NCBI GenBank assembly: GCA_026387235.1
Contig: JAPLMD010000042.1
Location: forward strand, 3,185 to 67,184
Source: Candidatus Omnitrophota bacterium
Lineage (GTDB): Bacteria; Omnitrophota; Gorgyraeia; Gorgyraeales; Gorgyraeaceae
DNA length: 64,000 bases
Direction: 5' to 3'
The notes under the pieces were generated by a model. That model was not told the DNA's origin. It was given only the letters and a program-made list of their open reading frames with translations, and ran no database searches. Shown piece by piece: positions 47,010-57,864 of this stretch (positions are counted from its first letter, which is position 1; each line of letters begins with the position of its first letter). A program made the position numbers and the translations under genes.

Positions 47010-49736
47010 TTATTTTTTTTCTTTCACCTGAGCCTGCGCTGCAGCGAGCCTGGCAATAGGAACCCTGAAAGGTGAACAACTTACGTAGTTCATGCCAACC
47101 CTGTGGCAGAATTCCACTGATTTAGGCTCTCCGCCGTGCTCTCCGCAAATACCAACCTTCAGGTCTTTGCGCGTTTTTCTTCCGCGATCAATAGCTATCT
47201 TTATAAGCTCACCGACTCCGTCCTGGTCAATTGTCTGAAACGGGTCATTAGGCAGAATATTCTTCTCGAGATACGCCGGAAGGAATCCAGCCATGTCATC
47301 CCTTGAAAAACAAAAGCTCATCTGAGTAAGATCATTAGTGCCGAAAGAGAAAAACTCAGCTTCTTCGGCAATACGGCCTGCCATAAGAGCGGCTCTCGGA
47401 ATTTCAATCATCGTGCCGAACATGTGAGGTATTTTCTTTACCTTATATTTAACTATAACCTCTTGGTAAACTTTTTCCGCGAGTTTTTTCTGATCTATCA
47501 ATTCATTCTTATCGCATACGACAGGAATCATTATCTCAGGAGAGACTTTCTTGCCGGCCTGAATAAGTTCGCACGCTGATTCAAGTATCGCTCGCACCTG
47601 CATCTCAGTCACTTCAGGATAAGTAACTCCCAATCTCACCCCGCGATGGCCCATCATAGGATTAGATTCACGTAAGTTTGAAGCCCTCTTTTCCAATTCC
47701 TCCAAGGATATATTCAGGCTTACTGCGAGTTCCTTTAGCTTTACTTCCTCGTGCGGTATAAACTCATGAAGAGGCGGATCCAGAAGCCTTATGGTAACCG
47801 GATACCCTTCCATTACCTCAAGAGTACCTTTTATGTCGCTCTTTACGTGTTCAAAAAGTTCAGCCAAGGCAGCTTTTCTTTCTTCCGCGGTCTTTGAAAC
47901 TATCATTTTTCTTAATTTAAATAAGGGGACTTCCGAACCTTTACCGTAAAACATGTGCTCTGTCCTGAAAAGGCCAATGCCTTCTGCGCCGAATGAGCGG
48001 GCTTTTTTCGCGTCGCTTGGAGTCTCTGCATTGGTCCTGATTTTTAATTTTCTGACAGAGTCGCATATCTTAAGAAATTTATTGAAAATCTCGTTTTCTT
48101 CTGTGGCGTCCATCATGGGAAGTTTTCCTTCATACACATAACCTTTTGTTCCGTTAAGCGTAATCCAGTCGCCTTCCTTGAAAGTTTTTCCTCCGGCAGA
48201 AAATTGTTTTGCTCCTGAGTTAATCGTTATGCCGCCGCAGCCTACAATACAGCATTTCCCCCAGCCCCTGGCAACAAGAGCCGCGTGCGAGGTCATGCCG
48301 CCTCTCACTGTAAGTATTGCCTCAGCTGCCCTCATGCCTTCAACGTCTTCGGGATTTGTTTCTTCGCGGACAAGGATCACATTTTTACCTTCCTTTTTCC
48401 ACCTTACAGCTTCTTCTGCTGTAAATACCGCCTGGCCGCATGCGCCTCCCGGGCCTGCAGGCAAACCCTTTGCAATAGGCTTGCTTAACTTTTCTGTTTT
48501 AGGATCTATAATAGGGTGCAGTAATTCATCCAGCTGGTCAGGGGTAACTCTCATAACAGCTGTTTTTACGTCTATCAGTTTTTCTTTTACCATTTCCACT
48601 GCCATTCTTACGGCAGCAGGGCCGTTTCTTTTTCCTGAACGGCACTGAAGCATGAACAGTTTGCCTTTTTCAATGGTAAATTCAATGTCCTGCATGTCCT
48701 TATAATGCTTCTCCAGCCTTTTTCTTATTTCGCAGATATCTTTATAAATCGCAGGCATGAATTTTTCAAGTCTTACAAGCTCTTTATTGTGCTCGCTTGT
48801 AGAATACTCATTTATCGGAGCAGGCGTCCTTATGCCGGCGACAACGTCTTCGCCCTGCGCATTCACGAGATATTCGCCGTAAAAACCGTTTTCTCCGTTA
48901 CCCGGATTTCTGGTAAATGCAACTCCGGTGGCAGAATCATTGCCCATATTCCCAAAAACCATTGTCTGCACGTTTACCGCGGTGCCCCATTCATGGGGAA
49001 TGCCTTCAATCCTCCTGTAAGAGATGGCTCTCTTGCCGTTCCAAGACGCGAATACAGCGCTTATGCCTCCCCATAACTGCTCGTAAGGATCATCCGGAAA
49101 ATCTTTTTTAAGGACTTCTTTTATTTTCTTTTTAAATTCTGCGCAAAGTTTTTTCAAATCTTCGGCATTCAAATCAGTATCATTCTTTACGCCTTTTTTA
49201 TGCTTCACGCTGTCCATTATTCTCTCGAGCTGCTTGCGTATCCCCATGTCGCCCTCAGGCTCAACGCCAGCTGCCTTTTCCATCACAACGTCGGAATACA
49301 TCATTATAAGGCGCCTGTACGCGTCATAAACAAACCTCTCGTTTCCTGTCTCTCTTATAAGGCCGGGGATTGTTTTCTCTGTAAGGCCTACATTTAAAAC
49401 TGTTTCCATCATGCCGGGCATGGATTTGCGGGCGCCGGAACGCACAGAAACAAGTAAAGGATTATTAGCATCGCCGAATCCCTTATTCATTAATCTTTCA
49501 ATCTTTGCCAGATTTTTATCGACATCTTCCCTGAGCCCCTTGGGATATTTTCCTTTATTCTGATAATAGTAAGCGCATATTTCAGTCGTAATCGTAAATC
49601 CTGGAGGAACAGGCAGTTTTAAATCCTTATGGCCTGCCATTTCAGCAAGGTTAGCGCCCTTGCCTCCCAGAAGATTTTTCATGCTTTCGTTTCCGTCCGC
49701 TTTTCCACCGCCAAAGAAGTAAACCACTTTGCTCAT
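47010..49736 (-). CDS. ppdK: Pyruvate, phosphate dikinase
   Basis: LGGKGANLAEM, VSVRSGA, GGMTSHAA, RTEHMF, GTNDLTQ, CGEHGG. Confidence 0.97.
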   Translation of the reverse strand: MSKVVYFFGGGKADGNESMKNLLGGKGANLAEMAGHKDLKLPVPPGFTITTEICAYYYQNKGKYPKGLREDVDKNLAKIERLMNKGFGDANNPLLVSVRSGARKSMPGMMETVLNVGLTEKTIPGLIRETGNERFVYDAYRRLIMMYSDVVMEKAAGVEPEGDMGIRKQLERIMDSVKHKKGVKNDTDLNAEDLKKLCAEFKKKIKEVLKKDFPDDPYEQLWGGISAVFASWNGKRAISYRRIEGIPHEWGTAVNVQTMVFGNMGNDSATGVAFTRNPGNGENGFYGEYLVNAQGEDVVAGIRTPAPINEYSTSEHNKELVRLEKFMPAIYKDICEIRKRLEKHYKDMQDIEFTIEKGKLFMLQCRSGKRNGPAAVRMAVEMVKEKLIDVKTAVMRVTPDQLDELLHPIIDPKTEKLSKPIAKGLPAGPGGACGQAVFTAEEAVRWKKEGKNVILVREETNPEDVEGMRAAEAILTVRGGMTSHAALVARGWGKCCIVGCGGITINSGAKQFSAGGKTFKEGDWITLNGTKGYVYEGKLPMMDATEENEIFNKFLKICDSVRKLKIRTNAETPSDAKKARSFGAEGIGLFRTEHMFYGKGSEVPLFKLRKMIVSKTAEERKAALAELFEHVKSDIKGTLEVMEGYPVTIRLLDPPLHEFIPHEEVKLKELAVSLNISLEELEKRASNLRESNPMMGHRGVRLGVTYPEVTEMQVRAILESACELIQAGKKVSPEIMIPVVCDKNELIDQKKLAEKVYQEVIVKYKVKKIPHMFGTMIEIPRAALMAGRIAEEAEFFSFGTNDLTQMSFCFSRDDMAGFLPAYLEKNILPNDPFQTIDQDGVGELIKIAIDRGRKTRKDLKVGICGEHGGEPKSVEFCHRVGMNYVSCSPFRVPIARLAAAQAQVKEKK

Positions 49737-49763
49737 TTTTACTGCGCCCTTCCTTTCTATTGT

Positions 49764-51836
49764 TTATTGAACCACGATCTGAGGCAACATTGCCAGGTCC
49801 GCTACATCATTTGTGTAGAGTTTATTAATGGCCTGCATCATCGCAAGCCTGTTTTCGCGAAGAGAGCTGTCTTCCGTGTTCACAAGCACGTTGTCAAAAA
49901 ACTTATGCAGGACTTCGAAAAACGCGTCTCCGTAAGCCCTGGTAGCTTCTTCATATTTTTCTTCCTTTATCAGGTTCTCTATTGCCCGGTTATTGGCTGA
50001 ATACGCCTTCCACACCTCTTTTTCCAAATCCTCCTTTAAAAGGGTTTCATTTACAGCGCTTATCTTTTCGCCTTTGGCGCCTTTTAAAATATTAGATGTT
50101 CTCTCGCAGACCTTAGCTGTCTTTAAAAAATATTTCTCAGAGCTTATCTTGGAGAGCGCCTCTACTCTTTTAAATACGCCCACGATATCATTACAGCCTG
50201 ATTTAAGCACTGCCTGCTTTAATTCCAGCGGCTTGGTATCCGGCGTCAGAAATTCAAGCCTTTCCTTTATGTAGTCAATCACTTTTATTTCCAATTCTGC
50301 CTGTGATATTTTAAGCTTACCTTTATATAATTCTATGGCCTTTTTAATCAGGCTTTGAAATCCGATCCTGAGAGATCTATGATTTACGATCTGAATCAGG
50401 CCCTGGGAATTTCTTCTGATGCCGAACGGATCAAAACTTCCTTTCGGTTCTATCCCGCTTCCCAGAAGGCCTACTATATTATCGACCCTGTCGCTTATTG
50501 CGAGTATCGCGCCTTCTATTGTCTCGGGAAGATTATCATCCAGGCCTTTCGGAAGATAATGTTCTTTTATGGCTATTGCTACGGATTCTTTTTCTCCGCT
50601 TTTAAGGCTATATTCCATGCCCATCGCGCCCTGCAGGCTAGGAAATTCGCCTACCATCTGCGTAACGAGGTCTGTTTTGCATAAATAAGCCGCTCTTTTA
50701 ACAGCGCCTCTTTTATCAGGGCTTATATTTAATCTTTCCGAAATAAATGACGAAAGTTCTTCAAGCCTTTGAATTTTTTCGAACATATTACCTAAATCCT
50801 TTTGAAAAATCAAGTCTTTTAATTTAGGCGTCAGGTCCGAAAACGGCTTCTTGATATCTTCATTGTAAAAAAACAGGCTGTCCTTGAGCCTGGCTTCTAA
50901 AATATTGGCGTAAACCTTTTTCATTTTCTCTATGTTCCGGCCCTTGCCGTCAATTATGGCGATAAACTTATTAACAAGCTTATTATTTTTGGAAAGAGTG
51001 AATATCCTCTGATGTTTGGACATACTGGCAGCCAGGACGTCTTTAGGGACAGCGAGAAATCTCTTGTCAAAATCCCCTGTCATCAATACCGGAGACTTTA
51101 CCAGGAAATTCGTTTCCTCAAGGAGATTTTTGTCAATGTATTCATCCAGCCCAAGTTTTTTTTGAGCCGCGCTAATCATCTTTTCTATCTCCAGCTTTCT
51201 TTTGTCCTGGTCCAAGATACATGATTTTTCAAGTTTTTTAAGATACGCGCTTATTGATGCGCCTTTAATAAGTTTGGCTTCTACGTTCCAGATTTTAATC
51301 TTTATATTTTCCTTATCCAATAAAACCAGGATAGATTCTATGGGCCTTGCGAATCTCGCGCCTGAATCGTCCCACCTCATCGTCTTTGGAAAACTAATTG
51401 ATTTTACGATACCCGGCGTAATATCCCGCAGGACCTCTTTCGTGGGCCTTGATTTTATTTTCTTGACTATAAATACATACTCGCCTTTTGGCGTTTGTTT
51501 TATTTTTAAATCTTTTACATCCACCCCCTGATTCTTCGCGAAACCCATGCCCTGAGGCGTAGGTTTATTATTTTCATCAAATGCTATTTTCCTGGGCGGA
51601 CCACTTATCTCCTGAGAAAACTCTTCCTGTTTCAATAATATGTCTTTGATATGGCAGATGAGGACAGCAGCTGTCCCGAATACGGCAATATTTCCATGCG
51701 CTATGCGCTCTGTTTTAAGCCTTTCGATGAACGCGTTTTTCAGCTTATCCAAAGCAGGCCTCACGCAGCTAACCGGCAGCTCTTCAACATTGATCTCTAA
51801 TAAAAAATCGCTGATATCTCTAATATTTTTTTTCAT
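49764..51836 (-). CDS. glyS: Glycine--tRNA ligase beta subunit
   Basis: EELP, KTMRW, F.RP, V.EFP.LQG.MG, EHYLP, DPFG.RR, R.NRL. Confidence 0.94.
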   Translation of the reverse strand: MKKNIRDISDFLLEINVEELPVSCVRPALDKLKNAFIERLKTERIAHGNIAVFGTAAVLICHIKDILLKQEEFSQEISGPPRKIAFDENNKPTPQGMGFAKNQGVDVKDLKIKQTPKGEYVFIVKKIKSRPTKEVLRDITPGIVKSISFPKTMRWDDSGARFARPIESILVLLDKENIKIKIWNVEAKLIKGASISAYLKKLEKSCILDQDKRKLEIEKMISAAQKKLGLDEYIDKNLLEETNFLVKSPVLMTGDFDKRFLAVPKDVLAASMSKHQRIFTLSKNNKLVNKFIAIIDGKGRNIEKMKKVYANILEARLKDSLFFYNEDIKKPFSDLTPKLKDLIFQKDLGNMFEKIQRLEELSSFISERLNISPDKRGAVKRAAYLCKTDLVTQMVGEFPSLQGAMGMEYSLKSGEKESVAIAIKEHYLPKGLDDNLPETIEGAILAISDRVDNIVGLLGSGIEPKGSFDPFGIRRNSQGLIQIVNHRSLRIGFQSLIKKAIELYKGKLKISQAELEIKVIDYIKERLEFLTPDTKPLELKQAVLKSGCNDIVGVFKRVEALSKISSEKYFLKTAKVCERTSNILKGAKGEKISAVNETLLKEDLEKEVWKAYSANNRAIENLIKEEKYEEATRAYGDAFFEVLHKFFDNVLVNTEDSSLRENRLAMMQAINKLYTNDVADLAMLPQIVVQ

Positions 51837-52684
51837 ACAATACTACCGAGGTAGAGGTCTGCGCAGCGCTTAGCGAGAGAGCGAACCCTTGCGATATAGC
51901 GAGGCCTCTCGTTCTGGCTTATTGCGCCCCTTGCGTCCAGCACATTAAATGCGTGCGACGTCTTTAGAACAAAACCATAAGCGGGATAGGCAAGCCCTTT
52001 ATCCGCCAATCTGTTTGCTTCTTTTTCAAAAAATTCAAACATCTTTGAATGCATCTCTATGTCAGCTTCTTCGAAATTGTACTTTGAATATTCTATTTCG
52101 TGCTGCCTGTGAATGTCGCCGTAAGTCACGCTGTTATGCCACTCCAAGTCAAATAAATTGAATTTTTCCTGGATAAACATGCATATCCGCTCAAGTCCAT
52201 AGGTTATTTCGCAAGGCACGAGATCCAATTCTATGCCTGCCACCTGCTGAAAATACGTAAACTGCGTAATCTCAAAACTGTCCAGCCATACTTCCCAGCC
52301 TAGACCTGATGCGCCCAAAGTAGGAGATTCCCAGTCATCCTCCACAAATCTCGCTTCATGAGCCTTTAAATCCACTCCCAGGAATTTAAGGCTATCAAGA
52401 TAAACTTTTCTTATATCAGGAATTGTTGGTTTTATAATGACCTGATACTGGTAATAATGCTGGAGCCTCAGAGGGTTATCCGCATATCTGCCGTCGCAAG
52501 GCCGCCTTGAAGGCTGGACATACGCGCAGCGCCACGGGTCCTTTCCGAGCGATTTAAAGAACGTAGCAGGATGAAATGTGCCTGCGCCGACCTCTGTATC
52601 CAATGGTTCGACAACAAGGCACCCCTTGTCTGACCAGAACTTGTTCAACCGCTCTATTACTTCCTGAAATGATAGTTTTTTCAT
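51833..52684 (-). CDS. glyQ: Glycine--tRNA ligase alpha subunit
   Basis: [39 protein letters not shown]. Confidence 0.97.
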   Translation of the reverse strand: MKKLSFQEVIERLNKFWSDKGCLVVEPLDTEVGAGTFHPATFFKSLGKDPWRCAYVQPSRRPCDGRYADNPLRLQHYYQYQVIIKPTIPDIRKVYLDSLKFLGVDLKAHEARFVEDDWESPTLGASGLGWEVWLDSFEITQFTYFQQVAGIELDLVPCEITYGLERICMFIQEKFNLFDLEWHNSVTYGDIHRQHEIEYSKYNFEEADIEMHSKMFEFFEKEANRLADKGLAYPAYGFVLKTSHAFNVLDARGAISQNERPRYIARVRSLAKRCADLYLGSIV

Positions 52685-53319
52685 ATTAAAAACCTTGTTG
52701 TTTTTAAAGGCCTGTCTAAATTTTCCTCTATTATCTTGCCGGTAATTGCTTTTATCTCGGCATTCACGTCTTTTGTCAATTTCATATTAGAAGCGGTTTT
52801 CCACGATTCTTTTTCCAGATGCATAACGCTCGACATGGCGCCTTTGGTCAATTTGAAATATTCAGCGCCGGGCCAGAAACCAAGGGCCTTTAATAATTTT
52901 ATTTCAAAAAGCCTGGTTATGCTTTCCGCTTCTTTGCCGCTATCCAAAAATTTAAAACTATTGCACAGGCTGTCAAACACCTCTTCTGATTTCTCTCCGG
53001 GTTCGGTAAATACGTCCACCAGCTCCAGCATGTAATACGCCGAAGAAGCCCTGATCCATTCCTTGAGTATATTAAGGAATACTTCCTGCGTCTCGCACTG
53101 CGACACTATAGAAATGCCGCCGATTTTTTTTTCGTAAAAAACTACCTGGTCCAGACTGAAAAATATGGGGTTCGCGTCGCCCCTCGGCCTATAACCCCTG
53201 GCGCCTTTTATAATACCGTCTACTTTTCCGAAATCTTTCGTAAAAAAAGTAAGGATAAAGCTAGTTTCCCTGAAGTCCTTCTTTTTTAAAAGTATCGCTT
53301 CTGTTTTCTGTATTGCCAT
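52681..53319 (-). CDS. recO: DNA repair protein RecO (short form)
   Basis: E.I.L...D..E...I.T.FT..FGK....KGAR N-terminus; recO-glyQ synteny. Confidence 0.85.
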   Translation of the reverse strand: MAIQKTEAILLKKKDFRETSFILTFFTKDFGKVDGIIKGARGYRPRGDANPIFFSLDQVVFYEKKIGGISIVSQCETQEVFLNILKEWIRASSAYYMLELVDVFTEPGEKSEEVFDSLCNSFKFLDSGKEAESITRLFEIKLLKALGFWPGAEYFKLTKGAMSSVMHLEKESWKTASNMKLTKDVNAEIKAITGKIIEENLDRPLKTTRFLI

Positions 53320-53938
53320 AATCGGCTTTTGGCGTAACTGCTCCGCCTGAAATAATCATTTTCATTCCTTCTGTCACAGACATATCCAATAGAATAATGT
53401 CCTCCCGCGGCACAAGCACCAGCATGCCCGAAGTAGGGTTAGGCGTGGTGGGCACAAAAACATTTACGACATTTTCCTTTGTCTTTTTCTGAACCTCGCC
53501 TTGCGCTTCCGAAGTAATAAATCCTATGGCATAAACCCCGTTTTTAGGATATTGCACTAAAACAACTCTTTTAAAAATGGATTCATGATTAGATAAAAAA
53601 GCGGACGACATCTCTTTCAGGCCTTTGTAGATTGTGCTGATCATTGGGACCTTATATAAAATACTTTCTCCAAAACCGAATATATTCCTCAGCAGTATAA
53701 TCCTTGCAGCAAACCCAGTCAGCGTCAATAGCGTCAGCAAAATAAAAAATATCGCCGCTTTCGTAAAAAATTCCACGGATACCCTGTCAGGCAGCCAGAA
53801 CTGGAATATTTTCATTATAGGCTCTAATAATAAAAGATTGAGCCTGCTTATAACAAAATACAGCACCCAGAAAGTCAAAACTGCCGGAATTACCAATAAC
53901 AGCCCTGCAAAAAAATTAGTCCTTATTTTACGCCACAT
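53261..53938 (-). CDS. DUF502 family membrane protein
   Basis: VFVPTTPNPTSG, IISGG. Confidence 0.9.
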   Translation of the reverse strand: MWRKIRTNFFAGLLLVIPAVLTFWVLYFVISRLNLLLLEPIMKIFQFWLPDRVSVEFFTKAAIFFILLTLLTLTGFAARIILLRNIFGFGESILYKVPMISTIYKGLKEMSSAFLSNHESIFKRVVLVQYPKNGVYAIGFITSEAQGEVQKKTKENVVNVFVPTTPNPTSGMLVLVPREDIILLDMSVTEGMKMIISGGAVTPKADYGNTENRSDTFKKEGLQGN

Positions 53939-53939
53939 G

Positions 53940-54644
53940 CTATATCCTCAATAATTGAAACATAAACACCGTTATCAAAACCCCTACCAGCGCGCCTATA
54001 AAAACCTCCACGAGGCTGTGGATCTGCGCGCTGACCCTGCTTCTGGCCACCAGAATCGCCAGTATAAACACAAGAAAAATCACCAAGCTATTAGGATAAA
54101 GAAGCGATATCACCGTCCATATTGAAAACGCTATTGCGCTGTGGCCGCTCGGCATGCCGCCTCTTGAAGGCGTGCCTTTATTTAAAAATAGCTTGCTCAA
54201 AACTACTATAACCAGAATAAGGATAAATATTATAAACGTTATATGCCAGCTGGATTCTCTTATTTTCATGATATTATCTTCTATCCTGATCCCTACTCTG
54301 GAGACGAACAAAATATAACCGACTACCGCTGCAGTCATTGCGCTCAATAAAACCGCTCCGGCGCCTATATCTTTTACTATCCTCGCGAGAGGATGATATT
54401 CCATGCTCACCACCAGGTTCACCGTGTGCTCAATAGCGGTATTGAACATCTCCGCGAAAAGGACAAACGCTATAGTAAGGCACAACACCATTAATTCTAT
54501 ATAATTAAAGTTCAGGATTATACCGAGAAGAAAAGCGAAAAGCCCCATTAAAAAATGAAGCCTCATGTTACGCTGGCTTTTAAAGACGTATACAAAACCT
54601 TCTATGGCCGCATTAAAACTTTCTGCTAACCTCTGCTGCTGCAT
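53940..54644 (-). CDS. dgkA: Diacylglycerol/undecaprenol kinase fused to a PAP2 domain
   Basis: SF.AA.EG, E.FNTAIE, KD..AGAVL, then GGMPSGHS and SR...H. Confidence 0.88.
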   Translation of the reverse strand: MQQQRLAESFNAAIEGFVYVFKSQRNMRLHFLMGLFAFLLGIILNFNYIELMVLCLTIAFVLFAEMFNTAIEHTVNLVVSMEYHPLARIVKDIGAGAVLLSAMTAAVVGYILFVSRVGIRIEDNIMKIRESSWHITFIIFILILVIVVLSKLFLNKGTPSRGGMPSGHSAIAFSIWTVISLLYPNSLVIFLVFILAILVARSRVSAQIHSLVEVFIGALVGVLITVFMFQLLRI

Positions 54645-55063
54645 AAACTTTCCATTAACTCCTTTTCCTTCTGTTTCATCTTTTTCCTTTTTCTGATTTT
54701 TTCATCATCATAACCTAATAAATGCAGTATACCGTGCACAAAGTAAAGATCCAGCTCATCCTGTAAATCTTTTTTTCTTTTCTTTGCTTCCCTCTTGGCT
54801 GTTTCTACGGATATTACTACGTCTCCGAGTATGACTCCCGAAAGCCTCCTGGAATCGCGCATCGGAAACGCTAATACGTCCGTAGCGGAATCGTTTCCTC
54901 TATATTTCCAGTTCAGGTTCCTGATATACGTGTCGTTTACAAGAACAAGGCTTAATTCCGCGTCATTCTCGCCCATTGCTTTCAATACGTAATTCGCGCA
55001 TTCTATTACCTTGTTTTTATCGATCTTTGCTACGCTCTGTAAATTTTGTATATCTATTTTCAT
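54626..55063 (-). CDS. ybeY: rRNA maturation endoribonuclease YbeY
   Basis: TDVLAF, LGDVVIS, HGILHLLGYDD. Confidence 0.93.
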   Translation of the reverse strand: MKIDIQNLQSVAKIDKNKVIECANYVLKAMGENDAELSLVLVNDTYIRNLNWKYRGNDSATDVLAFPMRDSRRLSGVILGDVVISVETAKREAKKRKKDLQDELDLYFVHGILHLLGYDDEKIRKRKKMKQKEKELMESLCSSRG

Positions 55064-55077
55064 AAATTTAAAATTTC

Positions 55078-57255
55078 CTACTTTTTTCTGGTATCTTCCG
55101 GATATTCTACGCGGCTATGATATATGCCTGTTAAGATGTGCGTAAAAATCTCCGCTATCTTCTCAAGATCTTTCAACGTCAATTCGCATTCGTCCAGCTG
55201 AGCGTCTATGAATTTATTATTTATAATTTTTTTAACAAGGCCCTGTATGCTGGAAGGCGTGGGGTCGTCGAGCGTGCGCGAAGCAGCCTCTACCGAATCA
55301 GCCAGAAGCACGCACGCTGCTTCTTTTGTCTGCGGCTTGGGACCGGGATACCTGAAGCCTTCTTCAAATACATCTTCATCCCCTGTTTTCTCAAGAGCCC
55401 TTTTAAAGAAATAAAAAACAAGGCCTGTCCCGTGGTGCTGTTTTATTATATCCACAATTCTTCTATTCAGGCCATATTTTTGAGCAAGCTCAACCCCATT
55501 TTTAACGTGGCTTGTGATTATAAGACTGCTCATGGTAGGAGAAAGTTTATCGTGCATAGATTTCCCCGTTTGATTTTCACTGAAATACTCCGCTTTTTCT
55601 ATCTTACCTATGTCATGAAAATATGCGCTCACGCGCGCCAGAAGCGCATTTGCTCCTATTGCCTCGCAAGCTGCCTCCACGAGATTCCCCACCACAAGAC
55701 TGTGATGATAAGTGCCGGGCGCTTTTATAACCATCTCTTTTAAAATAGGGTGATTCAGATCAGCTATTTCCAAAAGGCTTATATCAGTAATAGTCTTTGA
55801 CGTTGTTTCAAAAATAGGCAGAACCCCGGTAACTATTATAGCTGACATCACTCCATTCGCAAGGCCTATGAACGCCTCTGTCATGTAAATATTAAAATCC
55901 AGGGAATTCAGAAGCCCCATTCCTATAAAATATGCCATGTTGGCAAACCCAACCACAAGTCCCGCTGATATAAGCTGCGATCTTCTCCTGACATTTCTTA
56001 CTGCAAAAATACCTATTATGCCGCCCACGATTGATACCGCTGCTACATCCAGACTGCCTCCTGAAATCATGCCTATAATTATACTCAAGAAACACGTGAC
56101 TACTATCGCGAGCCTGTTATTAATGAGTAACGCTATAAGCATCGAAGCGGCCGACACAGGAATCATATTGCTGGGCCAGGGAGATATTACTATAAGTTTT
56201 CCCGCAAGCGTCATCAGAATGCATATGGAAGCGAGAAGAACAAGTTCTTTATTACCCACTATTAAATCAGGTTCATAGAATTCAATATAAAGAACGAGAA
56301 GCAGTATAAATAAGCCTACTAAAAGCGCAATGCCAAAAAAAGCAGCTACCTTAATCGTAGGCGGATCGCGCTGTTCAATTGCCTCAAGTTTTGCCATGTG
56401 TTCTTTTGATACACGCTCTCCTTTATTAAGTATCAGCTCATTCTTCTTAACCTCTACCATATTATAGACAGGTTTAATTTTTGCAGCTGCAGCCTGCTTT
56501 CTGAAATCTGTCTCTTCTTCCTGATATCTTACGTTTGAGTTCAATGCCGCGCTTATCAAATCCACAAGAAGGATTTTTTCTTTTCTATCTTTCAGAGAGG
56601 AAGGAAAAGACTCTATTTTTTTTCTTATATCTGAAGATGCCCAGAATTCTTCCGCAGGCTTTTCTTGTTCTGTGTTTTTGGATTTATTTATCAGCGTTAC
56701 AGTCTTTAGAAGATCTTTCTTTAACTTAGTCGATTCTGATACAGAAATAATCCCTGTATCCATTATGTATTCTACTATTTTGACTGTTTCTGCAAAAAAC
56801 CCCTGCAAGTCTTTAAGGTCAAGTATGCCGCTTGTTATAGGAAAAGGCACATTGTAAGACTCGCTGGCTGCCTTTATTTTTAAAAGCTTTTCCTCTACCG
56901 CTCCTTCATCATTTTTGAGCAGCTCTATTGCGCTAAAAAACGAATTGATCTTATTTAAAGCATCTTCTTTAACAGAGCCGTCAATACTATAGACAGGCGG
57001 CACTAAACTTATAGCATCTCTTTTAACAGCTTCTGTGGTTTTATAGTCTATATCGCCTTTTATTTTAAAATCAAAAGGCGCATATATTGATCTAAGCACT
57101 ATATCGCCTTCGTGAAATTCAGTCTTAGTAAGGCCTGTATCCCATTCTGCTATTATCCCTACAAGAATAAAACAGGTAGCAAGCGCTATCAGAACATGCG
57201 ATATCTTATTGGGGATTTTGTTAAACTTATGTTTTTTATTTAGAATTTTCTTCAT
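55078..57255 (-). CDS. 7TM-HD phosphohydrolase (PgpH-like)
   Basis: Extracellular domain, multi-TM region, APGTYHHS, HDIGK, HHGT, YPGPKP, ADSVEAA. Confidence 0.9.
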   Translation of the reverse strand: MKKILNKKHKFNKIPNKISHVLIALATCFILVGIIAEWDTGLTKTEFHEGDIVLRSIYAPFDFKIKGDIDYKTTEAVKRDAISLVPPVYSIDGSVKEDALNKINSFFSAIELLKNDEGAVEEKLLKIKAASESYNVPFPITSGILDLKDLQGFFAETVKIVEYIMDTGIISVSESTKLKKDLLKTVTLINKSKNTEQEKPAEEFWASSDIRKKIESFPSSLKDRKEKILLVDLISAALNSNVRYQEEETDFRKQAAAAKIKPVYNMVEVKKNELILNKGERVSKEHMAKLEAIEQRDPPTIKVAAFFGIALLVGLFILLLVLYIEFYEPDLIVGNKELVLLASICILMTLAGKLIVISPWPSNMIPVSAASMLIALLINNRLAIVVTCFLSIIIGMISGGSLDVAAVSIVGGIIGIFAVRNVRRRSQLISAGLVVGFANMAYFIGMGLLNSLDFNIYMTEAFIGLANGVMSAIIVTGVLPIFETTSKTITDISLLEIADLNHPILKEMVIKAPGTYHHSLVVGNLVEAACEAIGANALLARVSAYFHDIGKIEKAEYFSENQTGKSMHDKLSPTMSSLIITSHVKNGVELAQKYGLNRRIVDIIKQHHGTGLVFYFFKRALEKTGDEDVFEEGFRYPGPKPQTKEAACVLLADSVEAASRTLDDPTPSSIQGLVKKIINNKFIDAQLDECELTLKDLEKIAEIFTHILTGIYHSRVEYPEDTRKK

Positions 57256-57270
57256 ATTTCACGCAATCTG

Positions 57271-57864
57271 CTATTTCGGTATTGCAAGCTTCTGTCCAGG
57301 CCTTATCCTATCCGGGCTCTTAAGGACATGCTTATTTGCATCATATATACTCTGCCATTTTTGTGTAGTCCCGAAAAGCTTTTGAGATATCTTTTGAAGC
57401 GTGTCGCCTTTCTGAACAACGTAATATTCTTTTTGAGCCCCGCTGGCGCTGATCCCGGCGTCGCTTGAAGGCTCGCTGTAAACTATCTGCGGCATTCTAG
57501 AAGATCCTAATCCTGCGTTAAACCTCCCGTCAGGTACTTGCCCTTTTCCGCTCTCAGTCACATAAACTTCTTTTTCAGGAACGACGTTTCCGCGCACATA
57601 GCCCCTGTTTCCATACAGTTCCTTATCTTTCACCTCTTGGGTGGTCTTGTATCCTGAAGGAAGCTCCACTTCCACGTTATAAATCGTCCTTGTCTTTTTT
57701 ACCTGCTCTGTCTCGCTGACCGCAGGAGGAGTGCCCATTATAACGCCTCTATTACCGCTTATTTCCTGATCAACTCTTTCCATCTCAACAGTATAAGTCC
57801 TAATCACGCACCCTGAAATAAAAAACATCCCGAGTAAAATGCAACACAGAGCCGCGTTCTTCAT
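57271..57864 (-). CDS. LysM-domain lipoprotein
   Basis: Lipobox ISGC; [13 protein letters not shown]...IYDAN...IRPGQKL. Confidence 0.9.
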   Translation of the reverse strand: MKNAALCCILLGMFFISGCVIRTYTVEMERVDQEISGNRGVIMGTPPAVSETEQVKKTRTIYNVEVELPSGYKTTQEVKDKELYGNRGYVRGNVVPEKEVYVTESGKGQVPDGRFNAGLGSSRMPQIVYSEPSSDAGISASGAQKEYYVVQKGDTLQKISQKLFGTTQKWQSIYDANKHVLKSPDRIRPGQKLAIPK

